DNA of 62,894 bases, counting the filler, from Hyphochytrium catenoides (lineage: Eukaryota; Protista; Hyphochytriomycota), in the NCBI GenBank assembly GCA_900088475.1. It is 14 parts of 14 records of this genome, joined end to end, with 100 filler letters (N's around TTAATTAATTAA, not from the genome) between each part and the next. Parts side by side here need not be neighbours in the genome. Positions count along the whole stretch, not along the records: positions 1 to 18,695 come from FLMG01003904.1; 13 more parts are not named here. The stretch is one strand, 5' to 3'. The notes under the pieces were generated by a model that saw only the letters and a program-made list of their open reading frames with translations, ran no database searches and was not told where the DNA came from. Made by a program: the position numbers and the translations under genes. Shown here piece by piece: positions 1 through 11,600 of the stretch (its first letter is position 1; every line of letters starts with the position of its first letter).

Positions 1-745
1 CCGTATACTATACCTCGTGGAGCTTGGAGCAGAAGAGATTGCTGCATCATCTCGCCAATCATCCAGGATGATGGCTCTCTTGGAAGTCACAAGGCCGTCC
101 TGTTGGCCGCAGGAAGAGCCAAGTGCCCAGTGATTAGCAAGTAGCCCTCTCTCAAAGATATCCATAATGTCCATTGGACATGGCGACGTGGTGTTCGCTT
201 CTTGAGGTCACTCTAAGGTAAGAGAGAGTTGGGCGGGAGACTGATACTACCTCTGAAAGTCACTAATCGATGAGGCTCCACCCATGGTCTATTGACTCTT
301 CTATCACTCATAAGAGTATCTAATAAGGTGGTCGAGGCTTCTAGGACCCTTGAGCTTGAGAGCGAGGACGAGTCTGCCGCTAACTCGTCTCCGTCCGTCC
401 GAGCTACCGGACAGTATGGACAGAAGTACGGAGAAGTCGGTGATGGAGTAGTGAGGGGCAGATGATGTTTCTATAGAGAGAGGAGGAGCTACTAGCTCGG
501 GCAGCAGGCAGCAGACAGACATGGAAACGTCGAGCAGGACTTACGCTATGCGGATCTTCATGTAGACCAAACACTGAACCGTCATAGTAAAGAGTGGTAG
601 AGCACTTTGACAGAGGTACCTATAATATGTTAGATGGCGTGCTGCCGCCTCGGTCCAGCTTCAGAAGCAATGAATGTCAGAGAGTAGGTGAAGTTGCTAG
701 TCCTGATAGGCCCAAGCTGATGCTTGGAGTCCTGAGTGTCGTGAG

Positions 746-885
746 CTGCCCTCTTGCAAGTCGCCCTCTTGCAGCCTGTCCTCTTGCAGCCTGTCCTCTT
801 GCAGGTTGCCCTCCTGCGCAGGCTGCCCTTCTGCGGGCTGCCCTCTTGCAGGATGCCCTCTTTGCAGGCTGACCTCTTGCGGGCT
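746..885. repeat. Minisatellite, ~15-bp unit (ctgccctcttgcagg), ~9 copies
   Basis: Directly visible degenerate tandem units. Confidence 0.85.
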
Positions 886-2869
886 GCTTGGCACTAATGA
901 CCCGCTGATAAGAAGCAGGCTTGCTGTGCAGAAAGCCAGCCAGCGAGGACACCGGTGCATTGGGACGGTTGATGGAGTGGATGCCCTTGTGACGCTGGTA
1001 AGTGTGAGGATGAAAGCCATGCCAACACCTCATTATCACGGGAAGGAAAAGGACATTACTGCGACTTATTATGACTCTCTTCAACGGCCTGATGAACAAC
1101 CATCAGAAGAGAAGGTATGAACGTCGCTCAATCCCTGAAACCACCTCGTTTGCCACATCTGCTTCTTTTTTCCCCTCAGATTATTAGGTCAGCTTTGCAA
1201 GGCTTGCACAGCCACATTGCATAATACCTACTGTCGGAAGAGGAAGAAAGTATACACAGCGACATTGCAAGACTCCTGCCGGAAGGGAATCGGGGCGTAC
1301 AATTGCATAAGGGCTACATTCCGCAGCAGAGTGAAAATTGGTCATGTGGGCATAGGATCCCTCCTATGTGTGCTAGGGCAGGTTCCGCGAGTCAAAGAGT
1401 ATGATATACCTTCTTCAGGCCTGCGGTGGTCCGCCACGTCAAGCTGTGTTACGTCCATGACGGGTCTAGTCCCATACATTAATATGGGTGTGGTCGCCAA
1501 ATATGGTCGAATGGCCGTCAATGCCGAACATGAAGCTCTGCCTAAGTTCACTTAATGAATTTATATATGGGCTGCAATCAGCACCACGAACTCTCTTGCA
1601 TATGAACTTATCTAGAGCGGCATGTTCTGCATAATCGGACATGCGACCATCTCTTGGCCATGCACAATAAGATGATTGAGAGGCAATGTCATGATGGTGG
1701 TGCGTGATAGGGCATCCCTTCTATGGCTGTGCTTAGTCAGGCACGACTAGTCAACAGACATTAAAGGCACACATCAACCAGAGGAGCTCATCATGTAAGA
1801 GGAACAAACTCCTCTCTTCTTGCTTGTCGAAGGCGCTAGTAATGATAGTAGGGTAGACAGGACGACCTCAACTCCTAGTTCTACTCTCTCCCTCTTCTCG
1901 CCCTTCTCTCTCCTTCTGTCCTCTCTCTCCTTCTGTCTTCTCTCTCTTTCGTTCCCCTCCCCCACTCTCACTCCTTTCTAGCCCTCTACTCTCTCTCCCT
2001 CACTTTCTTTATCTTCTAATCTCCTCCCTACTACTCCCTTAAGTCTCCTTCCTAGGCGTGGAGACATTTGCCGATGTCTCCTGCAAAAGCATAAAACTCC
2101 GTCCCTAAGACGCTCTAAGAAAGAGAAGAATCTTGCCTTTATAGGTCCAGGAGGAGATGGGAGATGATGCATGGCTACGAAGAAGAGTATGACCATCATC
2201 TCAGATCATCGCCACCCTTTCCATCTTTCTTGCCAAAGTTTGGGCGATCCAAGCGATGGAGATCCTGCACCCGAAGCGAAGGCCATCTCTGGATCTCTGG
2301 GTGCTCCCAAAGAAGCTTCACCGTCATTGTTTTCTATAAACAATCGCCGGCAAGTAGCGGGTAACGTACATCACAAGAGCCTTGATAAACTACAGGGCAA
2401 GAGAGCCGCAAACGGCATGAGCTTCGTGATGCTTGGCTGATCTCCGTTCAGCTGTCAAAAGAGAAGCTTCAAGAGCTCCAGGAAGGGCACCAGGGACCAC
2501 GCCGACCGTAAGCGGAGCGCTGATTCTTCTAGTGAGAGGAGAAGAGCGACTGCAGGAGCTTCAGCAGGGCCACGCCGTCGGCCCCAAGCAGACGACGGAT
2601 AGCCTTCAAACAAGCAAAGCAAGCTCCTTTCTTTCGGCTCGGCGAGGAGCTAGGAGTACCGGCCTGGGACCGACGAGCTTCTAGTGGATCAAGAGAATGA
2701 AGCGCTCCTCTTCTCTGTCAGCCGGCTGCCACACCCTCCCTTAGTCAGTGCTACGGCGCGGCATCTGGCGCTATGCCCCTTGAGAAGAAACTTGATGAAG
2801 GACTGACCCCGTTGTGACTCATCGAGCTCTCAAGTCGAGTGCCAGGGATTGCTGCACCTGCAACTCACC

Positions 2870-5800
2870 ATGGCCAGCAGGGCCATTGCGAAAGCATGTC
2901 TTGGAGGGAGGGCTGGCTTCCGACCTCACTACTATGGGATTTGGACCAAGGCGACCAGTAGTAGAATAACATCACAGGCGGTCAGCAGGTCCCACGGTAT
3001 CAGAGCGTACACAGGGCTCACGGGTCCCCTGGCCTGGAACCCTACCAGGGAAAGATACACAGGCCAACGGGTGGACCCATCGAGAGAACTCTGTCAGCGG
3101 ACGTTTGCAACAGCACTGGCTAGGACGAAGAATAAAGGCACTCGTGCCTCTGCGCTGCAGCATACGGAGAATGAGACGGCTACTGATGGAGGTCAGCGAC
3201 CTTCAGTTGTGGCCCTTACTCGGCTCGTTGCCAAGTATGGCGCTCAGAAAAATCTTCGGGCCGTTGAGAAGGTTTTATACAAGCGCATGCCTGAGGCTGG
3301 TGTGAAGCCCGATGCGTTCACCTGCTCTGAGGTACTGAAGGCGTACCTAAAGGCTGGTGAGCTCGACAGGGCCGAGACATTTCTGCGTGACGGAATGCTG
3401 TCGCTGGGAGTTAAGCCAACTGCTATTCACTTCAACCAGCTCCAGGGAGGCTATGCTTCTGTGGGTAAGTTGCAGGCTATGGAGGAGATCCTGTACAAGC
3501 GCATGCCTGAGGCTGGTGTGGAGCCCGATGGGATCAGCTGCTCTGAGGTACTGAAGGCGTACATCAAGGCCAGAGAGCTTGACAGGGCAGATGTATTTCT
3601 ACGTGATGGAATGGTGTCGCTAGGAGTAGAGCCAACTGCTATTCACTTCAACCTGCTCCTGGGAGGCTACGCTTCTGTGGGTAAGTGGCAGGCTATGGAG
3701 GAGATTTTGCACAAGCGCATGCCCGAGGCTGATGTGAAGCCCGATGAGATCAGCTGCTCTGAGGTTCTAAAGGCGAACATCAAGGGTGGTGAGCTCGACA
3801 GGGCCGAGACATTTCTGGGTGACAGAATGCTCTCGCTAGGAGTAAAGCCAACTGGTATTCACTTCACCCAGCTCCTGGGAGGCTATGCTTCTGTGGGTAA
3901 GTGGCAGGCTATGGAGGATATCCTGTACAATCGCATGCCTGAGGCTGGTGTGAAGCCCAATGAGATCACCTGCTCTGAGGTACTGAAGGCGTACATCAAG
4001 GCCGGTGAGCTCGAGAGGGCCGAGACATTTCTACGTGACAGAATGCTGTCGCTAGGAGTAAAGCCAACTGGTATTCACTTCACCCAGCTCCTGGGAGGCT
4101 ATGCTTCTGTGGGTAAGTGGCAGGCTATGGAGAAGATCCTGGACAAGCGCATGCCTGAGGCTGGTGTGAAGCCCAATGAGATCACCTGCTCTGCGGCACT
4201 GAAGGCGTACATCAGAGCTGGTGAGCTTGAGAGGGCCGAGACATTTCTGCGTGACAGAATGCTGTCGCTAGGAGTAAAGCCAACTGGTATTCACTTTACA
4301 AAGCTTCTGGGAGCCTACGCTTCTGTGGGAAACTGGCAGGCTATGGAGGAGCTCCTGTACAAGCGCCGGCCTGAGGCTGGGTTGCAGCTGAAGTTTGACA
4401 AGGTCGATTCCTTTGAGGTGGTGATGAAGAATCTTAAGGCAAGAGAACTGGCAGCAAAGCGTATTGATGACGGTGTTGCATTACTACGAGGGAAGTCAAA
4501 CGCTGTGAACTTCAATCAGACTATAGAGAGTGAAAAGGCTACCGACAGAGGTCAGCCACCTTCAGTTGAGGCCCTTACTCGGCTGATCGCCAAGTATGGC
4601 GCTCAGAAAAATCTTTGGGCCGTTGAGAAGGTTTTATACAAGCGCATGCCTGAGGCTGGCGTGAAGCCCAATGAGATCACCTGTTTGGAGGTACTGAAGG
4701 CGTACATTAAGGGTGAAGAGCTTGAGAGGGCAGATATATTTCTGCGTCAGAGAATGCTGTCGCTAGGAGTAAAGCCAACTGTTCCTCACTTCAACCTGCT
4801 CTTAGGAGGCTATAGTTCTGTGGGTAAGTGGCAGGCGGTGGAGAAGATCCTGTACAAGCGCATGCCTGAGGCTGGTGTGAAGCCCAATGAGATCAGCTGC
4901 TCGGAGGTACTGAAGGCGTACATCAAGGCTGGTGAGCTTGAGAGGGCAGAGATATTTCTGCGTGACGGAATGCTGTCGTTAGGAGTAAAGCTGAGTGCTC
5001 TTCACTTCAACCTGCTCCTGGGAGGCTATGGCTCGGGAGGTGACTGGCAGTCTATGGAGGACATCCTGTACAAGCGCATGCCTGAGGCTGGTGTGAAGCC
5101 TGATGAGATCAGCTGCTCTGAGGTACTGAAGGCGTACATCGGGGCCAGAGACCTCAAGAGGGCCGAGACCTTTCTGCGTGACGGAATGCTGTCGCTAGGA
5201 GTAAAGCCGACTATTACTCACTTCACCCGGCTCCTGCGAGGCTACGCTTCTGTGGGTAAGTGGCAGGCTATGGAGGAGATCCTGCACAAGCGCATGCCTG
5301 AGGCTGGATTGCAGCTGAAGTTTGACAAGATCAGCTCCTTTGAGGTGGAGATAAAGAATCTTAAGGCTGAAGAACTTCCAAGGACAGCAAAGCTTATTAA
5401 TAACGGTGTTCCATTGCCACAAGGGAAGTCAAGCGCTGTGAACTTCAATCAGAATATGGAAAGTGAGAAGGCTACTGACAGAGGTCAGCCACCTTCACCT
5501 GTGGCCCTTACTCGGCTGATTGCCAAGTATGGCGCTCAGAAAAATTTTCTGGCCGTTGAGAAGGTTTTATACAAGCGCATGCCTGAGGCTGGTGTAAAGC
5601 CCGATGAGATCACCTGCTCTGAGGTACTGAAGGCGTACGTCAAGGCTGGTGAGCTCGAGAGGGCAGAGACATTTCTGCGTGACGGAATGCTGTCGTTAGG
5701 AGTGAACCCAAATGCTATTCACTTCACCCGGCTCCTGAGAGGCTATGGTTCGGAAGGTGACTGGCAGGCTATGGAGAAGATCCTGTACAAGCGCATGCCT

Positions 5801-6625
5801 GAGGCTGGTGTGAAGCCCGATGAGATCAGCTGCTTGGAGGTACTGCAGGCGTACATTAGGGCCGGTGAGCTCGAGAGTGCAGAGATATTTATGCGTGAGG
5901 GGATGTTGTCGCTAGGATTAAAGCCAGATGCTTTTCACTTCACCCAGCTGCTGGGAGGCTATGGTTCTATGGGTAAGTTGCAAGATATGGAGGAGATCCT
6001 GCACAAGCGCATGCCTCAGGCTGGTGTGAAGCCCAGTGAGATCACCTGCTCTGAGGTTCTGAAGGCGTACATCAAGAGTGGAGAGCTCGAGAGGGCAGAT
6101 ACGTTTCTGCGTGACGGAATGCTGTCGCTAGGAGTAAAACCAAATAAGATCCACTTCACCCAGCTCCTGGGAGGCTATGGTTCTCTGGCTGACTGGCAGT
6201 CTATGGAGGAGACCCTGTACAAGCGCATGCCTGAGGCTGGTGTGAAGCCCGATGAGATCAGCTGCTCTGAGGTACTGAAGGCGTACATTAAGGCTGGAGA
6301 GCTCGAGAGGGCAGAGATATTTCTGCGTGACGGAATGCTGTCGCTAGGAGTAAAGCCAAGTGCTATTCACTTCACCCTGCTCCTGAGATTCTATGGTTCT
6401 GTGGGTAAGTTGCAAGATATGGAGGATATCCTGTACAATCGCATGCCTGAGGCTGGTGTGAAGCCCGATGAGATCAGCTGCTCTGAGGTTCTGAAGGCGT
6501 ATCTTAAGGCCGGTGAGCTCGAAAGAGCAGATACATTTCTGCGTGACGGTATATCGTCCCTCGGAGTAAATCCGCACGCTAGACGTGTTCGCTCGATCAT
6601 GGAGAGGTATCGTTCTTCCAAGTAA
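2870..6625 (+). CDS. Pentatricopeptide-repeat protein, copy 1 (intronless, 28 PPR motifs in 3 modules, likely mitochondrial presequence)
   Basis: Uninterrupted ORF. The ATG at 2870 is in caccATGG context and conserved in copy 2. 36-aa motifs EISCSEVLKAYIKAGELERAETFLRDGMLSLGVKPT and AIHFTQLLGGYASVGKWQAMEEILYKRMPEAGVKPD match the PPR pattern (Y-x3-G ... M-x3-G-V-K-P-D/N). The N-terminus is R/S/T/A-rich, acid-poor, and contains QRTFATA. Modules at 3206-4399, 4565-5326 and 5498-6577. Confidence 0.93.
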   Translation: MASRAIAKACLGGRAGFRPHYYGIWTKATSSRITSQAVSRSHGIRAYTGLTGPLAWNPTRERYTGQRVDPSRELCQRTFATALARTKNKGTRASALQHTENETATDGGQRPSVVALTRLVAKYGAQKNLRAVEKVLYKRMPEAGVKPDAFTCSEVLKAYLKAGELDRAETFLRDGMLSLGVKPTAIHFNQLQGGYASVGKLQAMEEILYKRMPEAGVEPDGISCSEVLKAYIKARELDRADVFLRDGMVSLGVEPTAIHFNLLLGGYASVGKWQAMEEILHKRMPEADVKPDEISCSEVLKANIKGGELDRAETFLGDRMLSLGVKPTGIHFTQLLGGYASVGKWQAMEDILYNRMPEAGVKPNEITCSEVLKAYIKAGELERAETFLRDRMLSLGVKPTGIHFTQLLGGYASVGKWQAMEKILDKRMPEAGVKPNEITCSAALKAYIRAGELERAETFLRDRMLSLGVKPTGIHFTKLLGAYASVGNWQAMEELLYKRRPEAGLQLKFDKVDSFEVVMKNLKARELAAKRIDDGVALLRGKSNAVNFNQTIESEKATDRGQPPSVEALTRLIAKYGAQKNLWAVEKVLYKRMPEAGVKPNEITCLEVLKAYIKGEELERADIFLRQRMLSLGVKPTVPHFNLLLGGYSSVGKWQAVEKILYKRMPEAGVKPNEISCSEVLKAYIKAGELERAEIFLRDGMLSLGVKLSALHFNLLLGGYGSGGDWQSMEDILYKRMPEAGVKPDEISCSEVLKAYIGARDLKRAETFLRDGMLSLGVKPTITHFTRLLRGYASVGKWQAMEEILHKRMPEAGLQLKFDKISSFEVEIKNLKAEELPRTAKLINNGVPLPQGKSSAVNFNQNMESEKATDRGQPPSPVALTRLIAKYGAQKNFLAVEKVLYKRMPEAGVKPDEITCSEVLKAYVKAGELERAETFLRDGMLSLGVNPNAIHFTRLLRGYGSEGDWQAMEKILYKRMPEAGVKPDEISCLEVLQAYIRAGELESAEIFMREGMLSLGLKPDAFHFTQLLGGYGSMGKLQDMEEILHKRMPQAGVKPSEITCSEVLKAYIKSGELERADTFLRDGMLSLGVKPNKIHFTQLLGGYGSLADWQSMEETLYKRMPEAGVKPDEISCSEVLKAYIKAGELERAEIFLRDGMLSLGVKPSAIHFTLLLRFYGSVGKLQDMEDILYNRMPEAGVKPDEISCSEVLKAYLKAGELERADTFLRDGISSLGVNPHARRVRSIMERYRSSK

Positions 6626-7859
6626 TACCGCTTCACTTTCTCGAGGGTTTTGTACCCGCTGATAGATGTGCTGGCGCGGGTGCTTAGATGGGGAAGTCAA
6701 GTTGTTTGAGGTGGCGGATCTCTGTCATCCTGCTCTCCAGGAGCGTGATGAGTAGGAGCTGTAAGGTTCTGGTTGTTCCGCGTATCCCTTTGTCCCTAGA
6801 GGCAGTTAGCGACCGTCTATCTTTGATGATAGTGATGTGTTGAAGGAGAGCTTGCAGGTCGTGGGAGGCTTCTCACGCCCTCAGAGGACCCACACTCTCC
6901 CCTTGTGAGTCCAATTAACTCTATACCCCTAAATCCAGCTGTCTCACTGGAGGTGCTCACCACCTTGACAGCCATTTTATAAGAGAAAGACCTTTATAGT
7001 TTTAAGACTAACCGCTGGCGACGGAATGGCGCTGCCCCACAGACATCATCACGATGAAGACTCAATTCTCTTAAGTGCAGTGGAGTTGCTTTAGGTTAAT
7101 CAGATTAGCATGACGGGGCTTTTGCCACTACCTGAGAGGTGAAGGCTGTGGGCGGATGATGTATGCAGCAAAGAAGGCCGCCCGATTGCTAAACAGGGAG
7201 TGGACGAGCAGCTTTAGCAATAAGCAGCGAGCCAGAGAGAACCAACAGGCCAAGCTGCGCTAGCTATAGTCTTCTTTCTCGTGAGACACCGTCTCAGCCG
7301 TATACTATACCTCGTGGAGCTTGGAGCAGAAGAGATTGCCGCATCATCTCGCCAAGCATTCAGGATGATGGCTCTCTTGGAAGTCTTAAGGCCGGCAGGT
7401 TGGCCGCAGGAAGAGCGAGGTGCCCACCAATTAGGACGTAGCCCTCTGTCAAACATAGCTATAGTGTCCATTCCTCTGAGGTAAGAGAGAGGGTGGGCGG
7501 GAGAATGATACTACCCTGAAAGCCATGGAATGATGAGGCTCCACCCATGCTCTATTGACTCTTCCTCACTCATAAGAGTATCTAAGAGAAAAGAGTAGCT
7601 TACTGGGCGCCAGCACAGCGGACGGAGCTGGAGCACCACGAGCAGAACTTACACTAGCGGCTCTTCATGTGATCCCAACACTGCCAGAATCGTGATAGAA
7701 AGAGCTCCAGAGCATATAAACAGAGGCACCCGTCATAAGGTAGTAGGTCACGTGCTGCCGCCTTCTTTGTCCGCTTTCAGCAGTAGTGACGTCAAAGAGT
7801 AAGGTTAACATGCTAGTCTCCTCATTCAGCCCAAGCTGATGCTCGGAGTTCTGAGTCCC

Positions 7860-8126
7860 GCAGGCTTCTCTCTTGCAGACATCCCTCCCTCTGCAGACTC
7901 CCTTCCCTCTTGCAGGCTTCCTTCCCTTTTGCAGACTTCCTGCCCTCTTGCAGACTCCCTTCCCTCTTGCAGACTCCCTTCCCTCTCGCAGGCTTCCTTC
8001 CCTTTTGCAGACTTCCTTCCCTCTTGCAGACTTCCTTCCCTCTTGCAGACTTCCTTCCCTCTTGCAGACTCCCTTCCCTCTTGCAGACTTCCTTCCCTCT
8101 TGCAGACTTCCTTCCCCCTTGCAGAC
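7860..8126. repeat. Minisatellite, 19-bp unit (gcagacttccttccctctt), ~14 copies
   Basis: Directly visible tandem units, with the same flanks as the 746-885 array. Confidence 0.9.
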
Positions 8127-8680
8127 TGCTTGGCACACTGATGACCCGTTGCTAACAAGCCGGTGTGCTCCGCCGAGAGCAGAGAGCCTGATGACCTGTG
8201 AGCCTCATAGAAATATTGAATGTCTTTGAAAGGACAAACTGCCCGTACATCCAGAGGAGCGTTAGCGGTTAAAATGCCACAGAGTGAGAGCCGCTAACGC
8301 CATCCTCCGTTTGCCCTCACATGTCCAACGCCACTTCCAAGAGCTATATTACCAAAGCCCACCCAGGCTTCCCCCAGTAGATGATTGACGGACAAGCAAA
8401 GCAAGCTCCTTTCCTTGTCATCCTATCGTGATGCGAGGCGGGAGGGAGGAGCACTGTGGCCAGACGCCAGACAGACGGAGCTTCAAGAGAATATTTAAAG
8501 CGGGCTCCGCTTCTCTGTCAGCCTGCTGCCACACCCTCCCTTGGTCAGTGCTACGGCTCGGCACCGGGCACTATGAATGCCTCCTCTGAAAGAAGAAGCT
8601 TGATCAAGGACTGCTGACCCCTTTGTGCTCATCGAGCTCCTCAAGTCCGGTGCCAAGGATTGATGCAGCTGCAACTCACC

Positions 8681-11600
8681 ATGGCCAGCAGGGCCATTGC
8701 GAAAGCATGTCCTGGAGGGAGGGCTGGCTTCCGACCTCACTATTATGGGATCTGGACCAAGGCGACCAGTAGTAGAATAACATCACAGGCTGTCAGGAGG
8801 CCCCGCGGCATCAGAGCGTACACAGGGCTCACGGGTCCCCTAGCCTGGAACTGTACCAGGGAAAGATACACAGGCCAACGGGTGGACCCATCGAGAGAAC
8901 TCTGTCAGCGGACCTTTGCAACAGCACTGGCTAGGACGAAGAAGAGAGGCACTCGTGCCTCTGCGCTGCAGCATACGGGGAATGAGACGGCTATTGATGG
9001 AGGTCAGCCACCTTCAGTCGTGGCCCTTACTGGGCTGATTGCCAAGTATGGCGCTCAGAAAAAACTTCGGGCCGTTGAGAAGGTTTTATACAAGCGCATG
9101 CCTGAGGCTGGTGTGAAGCCTGATGAGATCAGCTGCTCTGAGGTACTGAAGGCGTACATCAAGGCCGGTGAGCTCGAGAGGGCAGAAGCATTTCTGCGTG
9201 ACGAAATGCTGTCGCTGGGAGTCAAGCCAACTTTAATCCACTTCAAACTGCTCCTGGGAGGCTATGGTTCTGTGGGTAAGTGGCAGGCTATGGAGGACCT
9301 CCTGTACAAGCGCATGCCTGCTGAGGCTGGTGTGAAGCCCGATGTGATAAGCTGCTCTGAGGTACTGAAGGCGTACATTAAGGCGGGAGAGCTCGAGAGG
9401 GCAGAGACATTTCTGCGTGACGGACTGCTGTCGCTAGGAGTAAAACCAACTGTTATTAACTTCAACCAGCTCCTGGGAGGCTTTGCTTCTAAGGGTAAGT
9501 GGCATGCTATGGAGGAGATCCTGTACAAGCGCATGCCTGAGGCTGGAGTGAAGCCCGATGGGATCAGCTGCTCTGAGGTACTGAAGGCGTACATCAAGGC
9601 TGGTGAACTCGAGAGGGCAGAGGCATTTGTGTGTGGCGGAACGCTGTCGCTAGGAGTTAAGCCAACTGTTATTCACTTCAACCAGCTCCTGGGAGGCTAT
9701 GGTTCTGTGGGTAAGCGGCATGCTGTGGAGGAGATCCTGCACAAGCGCATGCCTGAGGCTGGAGTGAAGCCCGATGAGATCAGCTGCTGGGAGATACTGA
9801 AAGCGTACATCAAGGGTGGTGAGCTCGAGAGGGCCGAGACATTTCTGCGTGAAGGAATGCTCTCGCTGGGATTAAAGCCAACTGTTGCTCACTTCACCCG
9901 GCTCCTGGGAGGCTACGCTTCTGTGGGTAAGTGGCAAGCTATGGAGGATATCCTGTACAAGCGCATGCCTGAGGCTGGATTGCAGCTGAAGTTTGACGAG
10001 ATCAGCTCCTTTGAGGTGGTCATCAAGTATCTTAAGGCAGGAGAACTGGTAGCAAAGCACATTGATGACGGTGTTGCATTGCCACAAGGAAAGTCAAACG
10101 CGATGAACGTCAATCAGAATATAGAGAGTGAGAAGGCTACTGATAGAGGTCAGCCACCTTCAGCTGTGGCCCTTACTCGGCTGATTGCCAAGTATGGCGC
10201 TCAGAAAAATCTTTGGGCCGTTGAGAAGGTGTTATACAAGCGCATGCCTGAGGCTGGGGTGAAGCCCGATGAGATCACCTGTTTGGAGGTACTGAAGGCG
10301 TACATTAAGGGTGAAGAGCTTGAGAGGGCAGATATATTTCTGCGTGAGAGAATGCTGTCACTAGGAGTAAAGCCAACTGTTCCTCACTTCAACCAGCTCC
10401 TGGAAGGCTATAGTTTTGTGGGTAAGTGGCAGTCTATGGAGGAGATCCTGTACAAGCGCATGCCTGAGGCTGGCGTGGAGCCGAATGAGATCACCTGCTT
10501 GGAGGTAGTGAAGGCGTACATCAAGGGTGGAGAACTCCAGAAGGCAGACGCATTTCTGCGTGACGGAATGCTGTCGCTAGGAGTAAAGCCAAATGCTTTT
10601 CACTTTACCCAACTGCTGGGAGGCTATGGCTTGCGGGGTGAGTGGCAGGCTATGGAGGACATTCTGTACAAGCGCATGCCTGAGGCTGGTGTGAAACCCG
10701 ATGACATCATCTGCGCTGAGGTACTGAAAGGTTACATCCAGGCCGGTGAGCTTGAGAGGGCCGAGACATTTCTGAGTAACGAAATGGTGTCACTAGGAAT
10801 AAAGCCAACTGCTATTCACTTCACCCAGCTCCTGAGAGGCTATGGTTCGGCGGGTGACTGGCAGTCTATGGAGGAGATCCTGTACAAGCGCATGCCTGAG
10901 GCTGGTGTGAAGCCCAATGAGATCACCTGCTTGGAGGTACTGAAGGCGCACATCAAGGCCGGTGAGCTTGAGAGGGCAGAGACATTTCTGCGTGACGGAA
11001 TGCTGTCGCTGGGAGTAAAGCCAACTGTTATTCACTTCACCCAGCTCCTGGGAGGCTATGGTTCTGTGGGTAAGTGGCAGGCTATGGAGGAGATNNNNNN
11101 NNNNNNNNNNNNNNNNNNNNGACTATTACTCACTTCACCCGGCTCCTGCGAGGCTACGCTTCTGTGGGTAAGTGGCAGGCTATGGAGGAGATCCTGGACA
11201 AGCGCATGCCTGAGGCTGGATTGCAGCTGAAGTTTGACAAGATCGGCTCCTTTGAGGTGGAGATAAAGAATCTTAAGGCAAAAGAACTTGCAAGGGCAGC
11301 AAAGCGTATTGATGACGGTGTTCCATTGCCACAAGGGAAGTCAAGCGCTGTGAACTTCAATCCGAATATGGAGAGTGAGAAGGCTACTGACAGAGGTCAG
11401 CCACCTTCACCTGTGGCCCTTACTCGGCTGATTGCCAAGTATGGCGCTCAGAAAAATTTTCAGGCCGTTGAGAAGGTTTTATACAAGCGCATGCCTGAGG
11501 CTGGGGTGAAGCCCGATGAGATCACCTGCTCTGAGGCTCTGAAGGCGTACATCAAGGCTGGAGAGCTTGAAAGGGCAGAGACATTTCTGCGTGCCGGAAT

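Noticed and set aside
594-1120. Pentapeptide-like ORFs (LQEDR/PLAAC/ARGQ) and similar ORFs at 7665-8229
   Set aside because: These are translations of minisatellites. The paralogous array has a 19-bp period (not a multiple of 3), so no frame is conserved.
1761-1775. ttaaaggcacac as a Kolobok-like terminus
   Set aside because: I found no matching inverted end nearby.
7860-8126. CRISPR-like array
   Set aside because: The units abut with no unique spacers, there are no cas genes, and the context is eukaryotic. The same applies to 746-885.
11095-11120. Apparent frameshift or split of PPR copy 2 into two ORFs
   Set aside because: The break coincides with a 26-N gap. Repeat register implies 144+216k missing bases, which preserves the frame.
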